Part shown: positions 46,349 through 58,774 of the stretch, piece by piece
How the letters are laid out: every line of letters begins with the position of its first letter
Numbering within the stretch: position 1 is the stretch's first letter
NCBI GenBank assembly: GCA_002269645.1
Contig: NIVC01001277.1
Coordinates: 124,001 to 188,000, forward strand
DNA: 64,000 nucleotides
Direction: 5' to 3'
From: Macrostomum lignano
Taxonomy: Eukaryota
The notes under the pieces: model-generated
The model's database searches: none
Seen by the model: only the letters and a program-made list of their open reading frames with translations
Told to the model about the DNA's origin: nothing
Translations under genes and position numbers: made by a program

Positions 46349-47889
46349 CATGGCCTTCGAGCCGACTATGGATAAACAAGCTATTTCTAGGGACGGGGAC
46401 CCTTCTAAACCCCAACCTCAGTCCGAAGGACCGGCCGGCCCTGCTGGCAGATCCCAACCGACTGATTCAACTGTGGCAAAGGAAGGACCGGCTGGCTCTG
46501 CTGGCCATCCGACCAGATCCGACCAGATCCGACCAGAGCTACCAAACTCAAAATACCCTAAGACCTGCCAGCTCCGCTGGTGGATCTAAGGGAACCGCGA
46601 GCTCTGAGCCTAAAGGACCGGCCAAATCTGGCAGATCCGATGAAGCTCAGCGGGCTCGGCTTGAGCGCAAACGCGCTAAACAACGCGCCAAAAGGCAGGC
46701 CAAGAAGGGAGCTGCGGGGGCCAAAGCGGCGGCGTCCACCATGGATGCTGAAGCGACTGGAGTCCCAAGGCAACCAGGCGGGCCGGCCGGTGGAAGCTCC
46801 AGTAGTTCAGCGGCGGCGCTCCCTGGAGCTGCTGCCGCGGCTGCTGAGGCCGAAACCACGGCGCAACAAATGGCCACTGCCAACAAGGAGGTTCCTTCGG
46901 GAGCTACCTTTGCGGCGAAGGCCAAGGCCAAAATCCCGGGAGTGATCATCCAAGGTCGCGACCAGGACTGGACCACTGATCAGCTTCAAAAAGTGTGGAG
47001 TGCTGTTGACTCCTATCTGATTGAGCTGACTGTCGAGGAGGGAATCTCCATCGGCGTTGAGCGGATGGTGCTGCGAAGCACATTCGTTCTTATTGCTCCT
47101 AGCAGCGAGGAGGACGCTCGGCGGCTGCTCCAGCGGCTACCGACGGTCTCCTTGGATGCTGACCTTGGTGGAGCTCTTTTTCTTCGCGAGGGCCAGCGTC
47201 CAAAGACGATACCCTATGTGGTTTTCGTCCCTGCTAAGAGCACCGCAGCTGGACCAGACGTTATTCGCCGGGTCCTACTGCGTCTGAACCCCGACCTCCC
47301 TGCTAGTGGACTGGTGTATCACCGCAAAGTCCGCAGGGGGGAGACGGGCAACTCAATTGTCCTCGGCCTTTCCAGCACTTGGGCGAGTCGGTACCCTAAT
47401 GGATCCTCTTTCCAGCTGGGTGCCCTCAAGCTCAAGTTGCGCCGAGGAAAGTCTGCCAAAGGGAAGGCTACTGCCAACCCCGGCATCTCCGGCAAGAGCG
47501 GGGCGCAGTCTAAGGCCCAAGGAAAGGCGCAAGCCGATCCCAAAGCCAAAGCTGCATCTCGCCCCTCTGCTAGCAGCAGTTCGGCGACCGCGGTAACGGC
47601 TCCGGCCGAGCCCCGGGAACCAAACCTGCCAGTCGGAGAAGGAGTTGAGGACGAGGCCGGGTCTTCGGAATCCGAGCTCTCCTCGGCCACCTTGGTGGGG
47701 TCTGAAGGTAAAGATGCAGGTGAGGAAGCTTCCTCCATCCTGTCATCGGAGCCTGAGGACTCTGCTGGGGGGCCGGTGGGGGTGAGGAGGCCATGGACGT
47801 CGACCAACTCCCATCTCCCAGTCAAGCCCCAGCGGCCTGGGACGAGGACGATCTGTTGTCCAAGTCTCCTTGATGGCCCTGGGCTCTAG
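46349..47889 (+). CDS. LINE ORF1, interrupted by a 10-bp tandem duplication near 46510-46530
   Basis: MAFEPTMD... frame and the 46741 frame join if one GACCAGATCC copy is removed. No CCHC knuckle seen. Confidence 0.65.
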
Positions 47890-47912
47890 CCAGATATTGC
47901 ATTTAATACAGT

Positions 47913-50900
47913 ATGACTAAGCTCCACGCTGCCAAAGGAGCGACATTCTGTCTGCAAATAAATTTACAGCATTGCGTATCTGCGTCAGTAAATCTGATGA
48001 AGATTGCTGAGCTGTACAGGCCAGGCCTCATCCTGATCCAGGAACCCTGGATGCGCAACGGTAAGTTGCCCAACATTCCCTCTGGCTACTCTGATTTTTA
48101 TGTGTGTGGCCCGGGGAACAGCCGCCCTAGAGCGGCTATCCTCGCTGCTAGCCATCTCCAGGCTTGGCTGAGGACTGATCTCTCTGATGGAGACCTTTGC
48201 GTCATCCAATCTAATCATTTCTCTCCGCGTACGTGTCTTGTTGCCTCGGTTTATATCCCAGGCGACAGAGACCCTGCTCCCGAGAGTTTACTGCGCCTTG
48301 CGCAGTACTGCGAGTCCCAGAACGCTGAGCTGTGCTTAGGGGGCGACCTCAACGCGCACCACAAGCACTGGGGCAGCAAAGATACCAACACTAGAGGAGA
48401 GGAGCTTCTGGCCCTCATCTCTAACACAAACCTCATGCTCTGCAACCGCGGCAGCACTCCTACCTTTAATAATGGCAGATGGACCGAGGTCCTCGACGCC
48501 ACACTCGTTACCCCAAGACTCTTTGACAGAGTCAAGGAGTGGAGAGTCTGGTCTGAGGAGCCCTCCCTGTCTGACCACTGCTTTATCGCCTTTAATATCG
48601 CGGACACTAAAACCCAGTCTCCGATCACTTGGAGACGCAATATCCGCAACACTGATTGGGCGGCCTACAAGGCTGCCCTTGATCTGCACCTGCAGGAACT
48701 CACGGACTTACGTCCGATTGAGACCTGCGAGGATGTGGATCATATGGCTGAGACGCTGACAGGTTGCATTATTGCAGCCTACGAAGCGGCTTGTCCTGCT
48801 CGCGCCTACAGAGGCAAGACCTCGGCGCCGTGGTGGAACCCGGAGCTGGGGAAACTCAGGCGGAAGGCCAAAAGCCTTCATCGCCGTGCCATGAAGACCG
48901 GAAACCCGGAGGACATGGAGCTTTTCCGGCAAGCCTCCCGCAATTTCAAATCTGAAGTGCGCAAGGCCAAGGAATGTAAGTGGCGCCAATTCTGCAATGA
49001 ATTGGATCAAGACAGACCTACTTCTAGGCTTGTCAAGGCCCTTACAATGGACAAAATGTCCAAATTAGCCATGATAAAAAAAGATGATGGCTCTCTTACT
49101 AAAGACCCTGAAGAAGTGCTTCAGCATATGCTTAGCACATTCTTCCCGAGGGTACCTACTGCTAGACCGGAGCCCAACCATTCGATGGATGGAGCCACCC
49201 TAGCGGCGGGCATTGTCACTGAAGACCTAATCGCTCGTGCGGTCAGAACCTTCAAACCCTTCAAATCTCCTGGACCTGATGGTATCTACCCTGTTCTCCT
49301 TCGTGAAGCAGCCAAGATACCCTCGTTCCTGAGACTCACCCGCAATCTTATGCGGGCCTCTATCCAGCTGGGATACGTTCCCAAAAGCTGGACTGAAGCT
49401 CGAGTAGTCTTTATTCCCAAACCTGGGAAGGGTGACTACCAAAGCGTCAAGGCCTTCCGGCCAATTAGCTTAACGTCAGCAATGCTTAAGCTCACTGAGA
49501 GGCTTATTCTCTGGCGGCTGCTCTCCTGCGAGCTGACAGCGATGCCCCTCAGCAATAATCAGCACGCCTTCCGTACCGGGAGGTCGACTGACAGCGCCCT
49601 GCATGCGATTGTCGAAAAGATTGAACGGGCGGTACTGGGTGACGGTTACGCCCTGGCTCTCTTTCTTGACATTGTTGGCGCCTTCGACAACGTTATCTTT
49701 GAAGCGTTTCAGAGGGCCCTTCAAAATCGCAAAGCTCATGCTACCCTCATACGGTGGATCATGTACATGATCTCCAACCGTACGGTCACTGCCCAACTTC
49801 TTGGGCAAACTGCCTCCACCAGAGTCTGTAAGGGTGGACCCCAAGGCGGAGTCCTCACCCCGACGCTCTGGAACCTGGTCATGGACGCTCTTCTGAGTGA
49901 CTCCCGACCTGACCCCGTCTTCAAAGTCGGGTATGCTGATGACGTCACGGCCATTGTGGCAGGACCGTCTCCCAGCACGCTCAGGGATCTGATGCAGAGC
50001 TTTATCCGCAAAGCAGAATCCTGGGCCAATGACAATGGTTTGGAACTCTCTGAGCCCAAAACCGTTGCCATTATGTTTACCAGCAGACTACGCTGGAACA
50101 TACGTCCTCTGCAGCTCTACGGCAGAGATATTGCCTTCGCGCACCAGACCAGATGTCTCGGGGTCACACTTGACCACCGGCTCAACTGGTCCTTCCACGT
50201 GAAAGCAAAAGCTAAGCGTGCCTCAGCCATCCTGGCCCAGCTCCGACGAGCACTTGGCACTTCTTGGGGTCTATCCCCAAAGCGGCTTTGGTGGATCTAT
50301 ACTTCCGTAGTTAGACCTGCCATTACGTACGCCTCTGTTGTCTGGGTTAGCGCTAGCGCTACCCAGGTCAAAAGCCATGCAGACCTGCTCAACACGATCC
50401 AAGGCAGAGCGTGTAGGCTCATCTGCAACGCCACCAGGTCCACGCCCTTTGCTGGCATGGGGGCCTTTCTTAATCTTCCGCCTCTTGACCTCTTCATCAG
50501 GGGTGAGGCGGCTAGAACGACGCGGCGTCTAATTGATGCCGGCGTCAAATTCATTTACATGAGAGCACCTGCTAAGCGGAACCTTGTCCCGCATAGCGAT
50601 CTGTGCCTCAACTTTCTCAACGAGTGTCAGGCCAATCGCGTCTTCACCGATGGCATTGCCTCAACGCTCAACCTGAGACAGCGCTACTCCGTAGCTATCG
50701 ACTCGCGCGATAACATCAATGACCATTGGAACCCTGGTGAGCTTCATTGCTACACCGACGGTTCTAAGCAGTCAGCCAACACCGGCTTTGGTGTTGGAAT
50801 CTTTCTGAACGGGAGGGTCATCGCTACCCACGCTCAATACACTGGGGTCAACTCCAGTGTTTTCCAAAATGAAGTTCTGGCCATCAGCTCCTGCACTGCA

Positions 50901-51659
50901 GAGCTTCTCGCCACTGGCGTTACTGGTAAGAACATCATTTTCCATTCGGACAGCCAAGCTGCCTTGCACGCCATCAGTGGCTGCAGCACCAACTCTGCTA
51001 CAGTCCTTGACTGTATCAAACTCCTCAATGTGTTGGGTTCCGCCAACAAAATTACCCTTAAGTGGGTTCCGGGGCATGTGGGGATCCGAGGAAATGAGTT
51101 GGCTGACACCCTTGCAAAAGTTGGTGCCTCCGGCTCCTCTCTCGGCCCCGAACCTCTTGTCCCGATTCCTGGCTGTGTCATCGACTCGCGCATCAAAGCG
51201 TGGATCAGGACTCAGCACCGCTCGACTTGGGCGAACCGCACGAACTGCAGGCAATCCAGAGGCGCTGTCCCTCAGCCCTCTCACCAGCTCCGGAAGCTCC
51301 TCTTGCGCCTCTCGCGCAGAGACATCCGGGCTGCCACCATGACCCTCTCTGGTCACGGCTGCTTCTCCAGGCACCAGTACCTGCAGGGCAACGCCACCAA
51401 CGCCACCTGTAGTTTCTGCAACTCAGGTGACGAAACCGCTGAGCATTTCGTCAGCATCTGTCCCGCCTTCACGCGGGCCAGACTCACTTACCTCGGGCCA
51501 CACACATCTATTACTGAAGCGTGCAAACCCGAAAACTTTAATCAGCTCATGCGCTACCTTCGGGCCACCCGCAGGGCTGAACTCTCCTTTCCAGAGAGCA
51601 CCATAGCTGCTGGCGACACTGGGGGACCTCCCTGGGCGGCGCCAACCCTCCGTCCATAG
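47913..51659 (+). CDS. LINE ORF2: AP endonuclease, reverse transcriptase, RNase H, C-terminal CCHC
   Basis: LQINLQH, LIQEPW, GGDLNAH, SDH; SPGPDG, FRPISL, QHAFR, DIVGAFD, GPQGGVLTP, YADD; YTDGSK, FQNEVLAI, SDSQAAL, WVPGHVGIRGNELAD; CSFC..ETAEHF..C. Intact 1248 aa. Confidence 0.95.
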   Translation: MTKLHAAKGATFCLQINLQHCVSASVNLMKIAELYRPGLILIQEPWMRNGKLPNIPSGYSDFYVCGPGNSRPRAAILAASHLQAWLRTDLSDGDLCVIQSNHFSPRTCLVASVYIPGDRDPAPESLLRLAQYCESQNAELCLGGDLNAHHKHWGSKDTNTRGEELLALISNTNLMLCNRGSTPTFNNGRWTEVLDATLVTPRLFDRVKEWRVWSEEPSLSDHCFIAFNIADTKTQSPITWRRNIRNTDWAAYKAALDLHLQELTDLRPIETCEDVDHMAETLTGCIIAAYEAACPARAYRGKTSAPWWNPELGKLRRKAKSLHRRAMKTGNPEDMELFRQASRNFKSEVRKAKECKWRQFCNELDQDRPTSRLVKALTMDKMSKLAMIKKDDGSLTKDPEEVLQHMLSTFFPRVPTARPEPNHSMDGATLAAGIVTEDLIARAVRTFKPFKSPGPDGIYPVLLREAAKIPSFLRLTRNLMRASIQLGYVPKSWTEARVVFIPKPGKGDYQSVKAFRPISLTSAMLKLTERLILWRLLSCELTAMPLSNNQHAFRTGRSTDSALHAIVEKIERAVLGDGYALALFLDIVGAFDNVIFEAFQRALQNRKAHATLIRWIMYMISNRTVTAQLLGQTASTRVCKGGPQGGVLTPTLWNLVMDALLSDSRPDPVFKVGYADDVTAIVAGPSPSTLRDLMQSFIRKAESWANDNGLELSEPKTVAIMFTSRLRWNIRPLQLYGRDIAFAHQTRCLGVTLDHRLNWSFHVKAKAKRASAILAQLRRALGTSWGLSPKRLWWIYTSVVRPAITYASVVWVSASATQVKSHADLLNTIQGRACRLICNATRSTPFAGMGAFLNLPPLDLFIRGEAARTTRRLIDAGVKFIYMRAPAKRNLVPHSDLCLNFLNECQANRVFTDGIASTLNLRQRYSVAIDSRDNINDHWNPGELHCYTDGSKQSANTGFGVGIFLNGRVIATHAQYTGVNSSVFQNEVLAISSCTAELLATGVTGKNIIFHSDSQAALHAISGCSTNSATVLDCIKLLNVLGSANKITLKWVPGHVGIRGNELADTLAKVGASGSSLGPEPLVPIPGCVIDSRIKAWIRTQHRSTWANRTNCRQSRGAVPQPSHQLRKLLLRLSRRDIRAATMTLSGHGCFSRHQYLQGNATNATCSFCNSGDETAEHFVSICPAFTRARLTYLGPHTSITEACKPENFNQLMRYLRATRRAELSFPESTIAAGDTGGPPWAAPTLRP

Positions 51660-52934
51660 CGACGCGTCGGCCGTTCAGGGACTAGCGGAATGGGCGCCCG
51701 CGCCTTCCCGCTGTGTCCCCTCCGGGACAGCCCTGCAGCTAAGTCAGTAAGTCAAGACTAGTCCATTAATAAGCATTAATCTTAATGAGCATTAACAGAC
51801 TAAGATTAAGAATTAAGAATTTTTGCACTAACAGTTTGACAAAAATGGGAATTAATCATTTTGTGAGTTAGGAACAAATTTATGGCTAATGTCAATGACC
51901 AAAGATGCAAAAAAACAAAAAACTCTGATATGTTGGATATGTCAGACATTTTAGAGGTGTCTAACAGTCTGAAAAGAAGTTAAATCATTATGAAATATGT
52001 TAAAATTTATCTAAGTGCCTAATTAATCTCTTTATTTATGATTTACTTATAAACTTTATTGAATTAAAATTGTGAATTTTTTGCCTGCACATGAGCATTG
52101 CTTTGATCTACACTTCTTTCCCAATTTTTGTAACTCTGCTGTACCTGCTAATACTATTGAAACAACATTTCTATTTATATTTATTAACTACAGATACTAA
52201 AATAGCTAGATGAGCCACTCAGCAAATTTGCATTTAAGCTACTTTTAGTTCAGTAGCAAATTAAACTGAAGCATTTTAATGTATTTTCAAGACAAGGCTC
52301 ATTTTATTGGCTCATACCTCCCAGCCTTACCTTACCTTCTTATTGCCTTTTTTGGAATCTATATAACTAAACTTGACTATGTACCATTCCAGCCTAAAGC
52401 GGCCATGTACATTTCAATGGACTAGCTAATGTACATTATTGCTAAACCAATTAGCAAGTTGTTTACGCCTGTAAGCTTAGGCTTCTGAACATATCAAAGT
52501 CATTTTAGCTGCTTTTATTTTTTTATATGTCCTATTTCTATTTGACTAGCCAATAAAAAATCCTGGCCAATAATCCAAGGGTGAGATTTCGGAACTGGTA
52601 ATCTAGGGGTGAGATTTCAGAGCTGGCCATCTAGGGGTGAGATTTCAGAGCTGGAAATCTAGTAGTGAGATTTCAAAGCAAACAATTTATACATGTGACA
52701 TGACATTCAGTTTGTCCTTTGCCAATTTGCATAAGCTGCATTTGTCTTTTCTACAACAATCCACTGTGTGCTTTTTCTGTCTTAATAATCACCCACCACT
52801 ACTAGCAAAGTGTATACATTTTGGTTATATCCTTTTTTTAAAGTTTATTCTCAGAAATGATTTGCCTTCCATTCTTTGTTTTTCTTCTTTTAATAACTAT
52901 GTGTGCAACTTAAAAAGGCACATACCAATAGACA

Positions 52935-53285
52935 GGTAGCTCACCCACTGATGGACAGTTAGCTCATCACTGATGGACAGATAGCTCACCCACTGATGGA
53001 CAGGTAGCTTATCACTAATGGACAGGTAGCTCACCCACTGATGGACAGTTAACTTATCATTAATGGACAGTTAGCTCATCACTAATGGATAGTTAGCTCA
53101 TCACTAATGGACAGGTAGCTCACCCACTGATAGACAGGTAGCTTACCCACTGATAGACAGGTAGCTCACCCACTGATGGACAGGTAGCTCACCCACTGAT
53201 GGACAAGTAGCTTACCCACTGATAGACAGGTAGCTCACCCACTGATGGACAAGTAGCTTACCTACTGATAGACAGGTAGCACACA
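52935..53285. repeat. 23-bp minisatellite, ~15 copies
   Basis: Unit GACAGGTAGCTCACCCACTGATG. Confidence 0.93.
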
Positions 53286-54241
53286 TGAATTCTCTTATAA
53301 AACTTACTGTCTAAAAACTTACAACTATTCAAATTCACAGTTATAGTTTTTATTTTTATATTTAACACAAGTTCTTTGCTGAAAGTGAGGCACTAGAGCC
53401 CCAATCTAGCAGTTAAATAATAAATAATAAATTTATTATTTAGCAGTTAGCATATTAAAAAACTCTCATTCAACAATTTGTCTAGTAGGCCCCCTAGGGA
53501 AAAAAACAAAAAATCTATTGATGAGCTCTTTGGTTTATTCTGCAGTTTTATACATTCTGATAAGCACAAGTGTATGCTAAGTAAATATTGATAGGAAAAA
53601 TCGCAATATACTAAATCTCTTGTCTTATAGGCCTAAGACAAGAGAAGAGAGTAGACAGGAGAGCAGATAGGAGAGCAGAGAGGAGAGCAGAGACAGATAG
53701 AGATAAGAAAGGAGAAAGAAGAGAGGATAAGGGAGAAGGGGGAGAGTCTAGAACAGGGAAAAGAAGAGATGAGAGGAGAAAGGGAAGAGAGAAGGAGTCA
53801 GAAAAGAGAAAAGAGAAAAGTATATAAGAGAGGTGTAAGACCAAGATGGCCACACACCAAGATGGCCACAGCTGGGGTGGGGGTCACGGAAAATGACAGC
53901 TGGTTTACTATTGGATAGCTTCGGGTGGGGAGATGTGGGGTTGCAATGGGGGGGGGGTTTAGACAGGCAGTCAAAATTTTATTAGCATATTGCAGGGCTA
54001 AAGACAAAAATGGTTACAAGTCTTAATTTCCTACTTATAGTAGGGCCCTAAGAGGTATAAACGTATTTTGCATTAAACAAATCTCTTCTTCATATAAAAT
54101 CTGGTGTAGCTTTTTTCCATTTCTCTTACTGGTCGAGACTAATTTACTTGTTTAAAGGGATAAAAACTGGGTAAATTTCATGCCCTGTTCAAAATTCATC
54201 TGTCTCATTCACTGACAGCAGTCTAAGCACTTAGATACAAA

Positions 54242-54951
54242 ATGGCAGGCGCATATCCATGTGTGGTCTGTCTGCAGCCAGTTTGCAATGGACAAGAAGC
54301 AATTGAGTGTTCTCAATGCTTGAATTGGCAGCATCGTGCATGTGATAGTCGCGTCACAATCGATCAGTATTCTGCAATGAGAAATGTTGGTGAGTTTTTC
54401 TGGCTTTGCAATCAATGCAATAGACGGGCTCCTGCAGGTAACTTAGCAGTGTCTCAAGCTGCAGATGCTGCAGTGGTACATGTACAAGCCCCAAATTCTG
54501 GACCAGCGGTTGTTCCTCTGCCTGCTGAAAATCCAGAACCAGTGCATTTGATTCCGGCACAAGCAGAAAATTTTCTTTACCAGTATCTAGATTTCAATGA
54601 CCCTGATCCAGCTCTGGAAGAATCCATTCAAATTCCTCCAGCAGAGCTTGCACCGCCCCGCAGCCCACCTTCCCAGCCCTTTGAGATTCTTACAGGTGCA
54701 GGATGCAGTCACGGAAAAGACCTTCTAGTGCAGTATGCCCAACGAGACCTTGGCCATCTGATGGATGCAAAAACGTGGCGAAATGGCAACATGTACTATC
54801 ACTGCACTAAGCGTTTATCACTGCACTGTCATGGCTCCGCAGTCTGCCGTGCTGATGGAACCATAGAAGCCCTTGCTCCGCACACGTGCGATCCAGTTGA
54901 TCGGCCAGCTCAGAAGAGAAAGGCAGCAAAGGAGATAAAGGAGGGAGCAAA
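54242..54951 (+). CDS. PHD finger + FLYWCH/WRKY-like zinc finger protein, probably the N-terminus of a Mutator-like transposase
   Basis: C4HC3 PHD (CVVC..CSQC..HRAC..CNQC) and YHC-x7-C...HTC. No DDE core seen downstream; 3' boundary is a guess (possible GC donor). Confidence 0.6.
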
Positions 54952-56149
54952 GGGCATGTTGTTTCATGTCATCTATCCATGCCACCCATACCTTATTGCC
55001 ATTTCAGATCATAACGAGTTAAAAAAGCCAAAAAATCCGCACTTACTTAGTTGCTGCACCCAATATAGCCCTGGAGCATATTTAAGAATCACCGCGCACA
55101 TTTCTTGCCAGATATTACACTTTGTTTTATGCTCAAATTTGGGATGGGGGGGTTCATTGCGTCGCACTTACAGAGCAAGCAGCCTTTACTTGGGCTAGTC
55201 ACTGCATGTATGTGTGACTCAGTGCACTTCTACCTCCATAATTCATCATTATCCCATCATCCATCATTATGCATGATATTATATGAGCTACGTATACGAG
55301 CTATTACAATGCAGATATGAGATACCTTTTGCACCCACGTTCGCAGAACAGGCCTGATGAAAGATTTCATAGAAAAACAATTTTTTCATTGTTACAAACT
55401 GTTGTCAATACCTTGGTATCTAGAAATAATATGAAATATCGTGAATGGGTGGCAACTGATGCAGTTTTTTATTTTTGATTTCCACTTGTATTGAGTTCAC
55501 ATACAAGCCGTATTCTGTTGTTTGAGTTGAATACAAAGGTAGGCGGGGTTGCTGTCAATTCAAGCTTGAATGAGCAAAGAGTTAATTTATGGTCAAACAG
55601 TCCTCACACTGCTCCCCTAGTGGTGGTGATGCCTCACGGATCGTTACACTCAAGCCAACCCTAGAGCAACTTTTATTCAATTTTGGCCTGTACTGATACA
55701 ATACGATTGGAAGTCATATAAATGTAGTCTAAATAACTGACTGGCTTGCGTGGAGATAAAAATCTATCTATATAAAACAGCTCACCTCAAATCAGCCATA
55801 TCGTTATTTTTCGTTGCAATCTTTTTTCAGTTTTAACATTTTTAGCCAACTGCTATGGTTGGTAACCATGATAACAATTTGGCTCGTAAATAAATAACTC
55901 AATATAGTGACTTTGCATGCAGCACTTAGCATGAAGCCTCAGATTTATTTATGTAAATATCATTTGTACTCTTTATGTACTGTGGCAAATTTGCACAGAT
56001 ATGAGATGCATGTATTTTTCAGCAAGTACTGATACCCAAGAGACGCAAGGCTTCAATCAAAGTCTGACAATTCTGAAATCTCGTCAAAATAAGCCGAACC
56101 TCTAAATACATGTACAGATACAAGTCTGATACAAACAGAAGAGAGAAGA

Positions 56150-57990
56150 GATCAGATAGGAGAGATGAAAGAGGAGAAAGGAGAGATGAGAAAGCAGAGA
56201 CGAGAAATGCGACAGTAGAGCTAGAACAGAGGAGAGAGGAAAGGGAAGAGAAGAGAAAAAAAAGAGAGAGTAGAAAGGCTAGTTCACGTTGTTCTCAATC
56301 CCATTCCACTATACATGTAGTTTTTATCTAATGTGACTAAGCCAGGTGCTTTTAGTGCAGGGGTTGGCAAACTTTTTACCTCGATTGAGAACCCAGCTCA
56401 TGACTGCCCTTCTAGTCCGCTTTGTTGGCCCCCAAAGCGAAGCGAGGAGTCCTGATGACAGAGTGGGCCAGAGATGAGGAGAGAGGGTAAGGAATAGAGA
56501 AGAGAAAAAAAAGAGAGAGTAGAAAGGCTAGTTCACGTTGTTCTCAATCCCATTCCACTATACATGTAGTTTTTATCTAATGTGACTAAGCCAGGTGCTT
56601 TTAGTGCAGGGGTTGGCAAACTTTTTACCTCGATTGAGAACCCAGCTCATGACTGCCCTTCTAGTCCGCTTTGTTGGCCCCCAAAGCGAAGCGAGGAGTC
56701 CTGATGACAGAGCGGGCCAGAGATGAGGAGAGAGGGTAAGGAATAGAGAAGAGAAATACAAGCATAGGATAAAGGAGAGGCAAAGGAATAAAGGAGAAGA
56801 GAGTTGATGAGAGGAGAGATTAAATACGAGCGGAGAGAGAGGAGAAGGGAGATTAATGGAGAGGAGAAAGGAGGAAAGGGAGAAGAGAATGAAGAAGAAA
56901 AGGAAGATAAGAGCAAAGAGGTGAGGAGAGAGGAGAGGAGAGAGGAGAGGAGAGAAGTGGGGAGAGGAGAGAGGAGAGGGCAGAGATGAGAGAGAGAAAA
57001 GATGAGAGGAGAGGGCAGACATGAGAGAGAAAAGATGAGAGAAGAGGGCAGACATGAGAGAGAGAATAGATGAGAGAGGAAAGGGCAAGAGATGAGAGAG
57101 GAGAGGGCAGAGATGAGAGAGAGAGAGAAAAGATTAGAGACGAGAGGGCTGAGATGACAGAGAAAAGATAAGAGACGAGAGTGCAGAGATGAGAGAAAGG
57201 ATGAGAGACAAGAGGGCACTCCAATTTTTGCTTACTTCTATCATAACTAATACCTTTACCCTCTACCTTTAACTTTTAACATATACAAAAAACACGTCAG
57301 TTTTAGTATATTGAGATAGGTTTGAAACTATTATCCATGATACAAAAATCAAATGTCTTGTGCTAGTAGTGCTACTAGCTTTAGTAGGTAGTAATACCTG
57401 CTGTAAAGGGAAGTGTTTTTTGTTTTACTTAGTCTAATTTCACCAACGAAATCTGTTTTCTCCGAGACTAAGCTATGTCATACCCCACCCCAATCACAGC
57501 CAATAGGAAATGAGGAAATATATAGACTTATTCCTATCCAAGTAGCCATTCAGAGCTGTGGCCATATTGGTCATGCGCCATAAGAGAGAGGTGAATAAAG
57601 ATGATAGAAGAGATAGGGGAGATGAGAAATGAGAAATGAGAAGAGAGAGAAAGGAAAGATGAGAGATCAGAGTGGAGAGATGGGACAATAGAGAGAACAG
57701 AGGAAAGAGAAGAGAGATGTGTGAGAGCAGAGAGGAGAGGAAAGAAGAGAGAAGAGAGGGGGGCGCACCGAGAGGGGAATTAATAAGAATTAATTTTTCA
57801 ATTTTTATGAAAAAGAAGAAAGAAGAGAGGGAAAGAAGAGAAAGAAGAAAGGGAAGAGGAAAGAGGAGAAAGGAGAGGGGAGAGAGTACAGAGAAGAGAG
57901 ATGAGTGATGAGAGAGCAGAAAGCAGAGAGATGAGAAGAGAGGAAAAATGAAAGAAGAGAAAGTAGAGAAAAGATAAGAGAAGAATATAT
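56150..57990. repeat. GA-rich low-complexity region with a 249-bp tandem duplication
   Basis: TAGAAAGGCT recurs at 56271 and 56520 with matching downstream sequence. Confidence 0.85.
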
Positions 57991-58774
57991 AATATAAATA
58001 TAAAACTAAGTAGGCCTATTGATTATAGTTACAGTAAAAACTAGGACTATCTAAAATCATAACCTAGGCTATATTGGTAAATATAAAAAAATAAGTTAGG
58101 CCTAACTTAAACTTATGCCATTGATTAAGTTTAAGTTATGGCATTATGCTTTTTAATTTTATACTGACCCTAAATATTAATATTGAAATTATTTATCTAA
58201 GCTAGAAAATATCCTCATATTAGGCTTTCTTGAACTTTGTCTTTAGATAGCCAGATAGGTGCATAAACTTTATAAAGTAGGCCTATATACATCCAATTTT
58301 TTCAACTTTGAAAACTTTTTCCAGACACTCAGGGGGTGTTGCGACTGTGACTCATGTCAAAAATGATAAATCATAGCACATAGATTTTTCATGGAATTAT
58401 CATAATGGCCCAAAGCCATGGACATATCTTGATGTCCATCATCCATGATTGACTAGGCCTATATGCTGGACTGCTGGTTAAGTTAAGATAGAGATATAGC
58501 ACTAACACTAGGCCTAGTAGAACTGAGTCAAAAAGCAAACAAAAACACAAAGGCAAACAAAAAAACTACGCAATATTAACAGCTGAGCTACATCCTATAT
58601 AATCTAACTAAAAAATAATAAAATTATACTCGATTCCTCGAAAGAGTTACAATGTATAGAAAGTTTCGTGCTGTGCCTGTATAGCTGTATAGAAACTGTA
58701 TCGTGCTTTTCAGCAGAAATTTCGTTTCTAAGAAAGCTTGCTGGCACATGCAGATGATTGATTTCATGCGAAAT

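Larger units (their letters stand above)
45832..51756 (+). mobile_element. Full-length I-group (LOA/R1-like) non-LTR retrotransposon
   Basis: 12-bp TSD ACTAGTCCATTA at 45820-45831 and 51757-51768; ORF1 plus APE-RT-RNaseH-CCHC ORF2; short TAAGTCAG-type tail. Confidence 0.9.

Noticed and set aside
5180-53285. Shared 4-bp palindromes (GTAC, TGCA, GATC, AGCT) in minisatellite units
   Set aside because: Some 4-bp palindrome is expected about every 16 bp by chance, so it is not informative.
55350-55380. CTGATGA...GAAA as a minimal hammerhead ribozyme
   Set aside because: No pairing for stems I-III.
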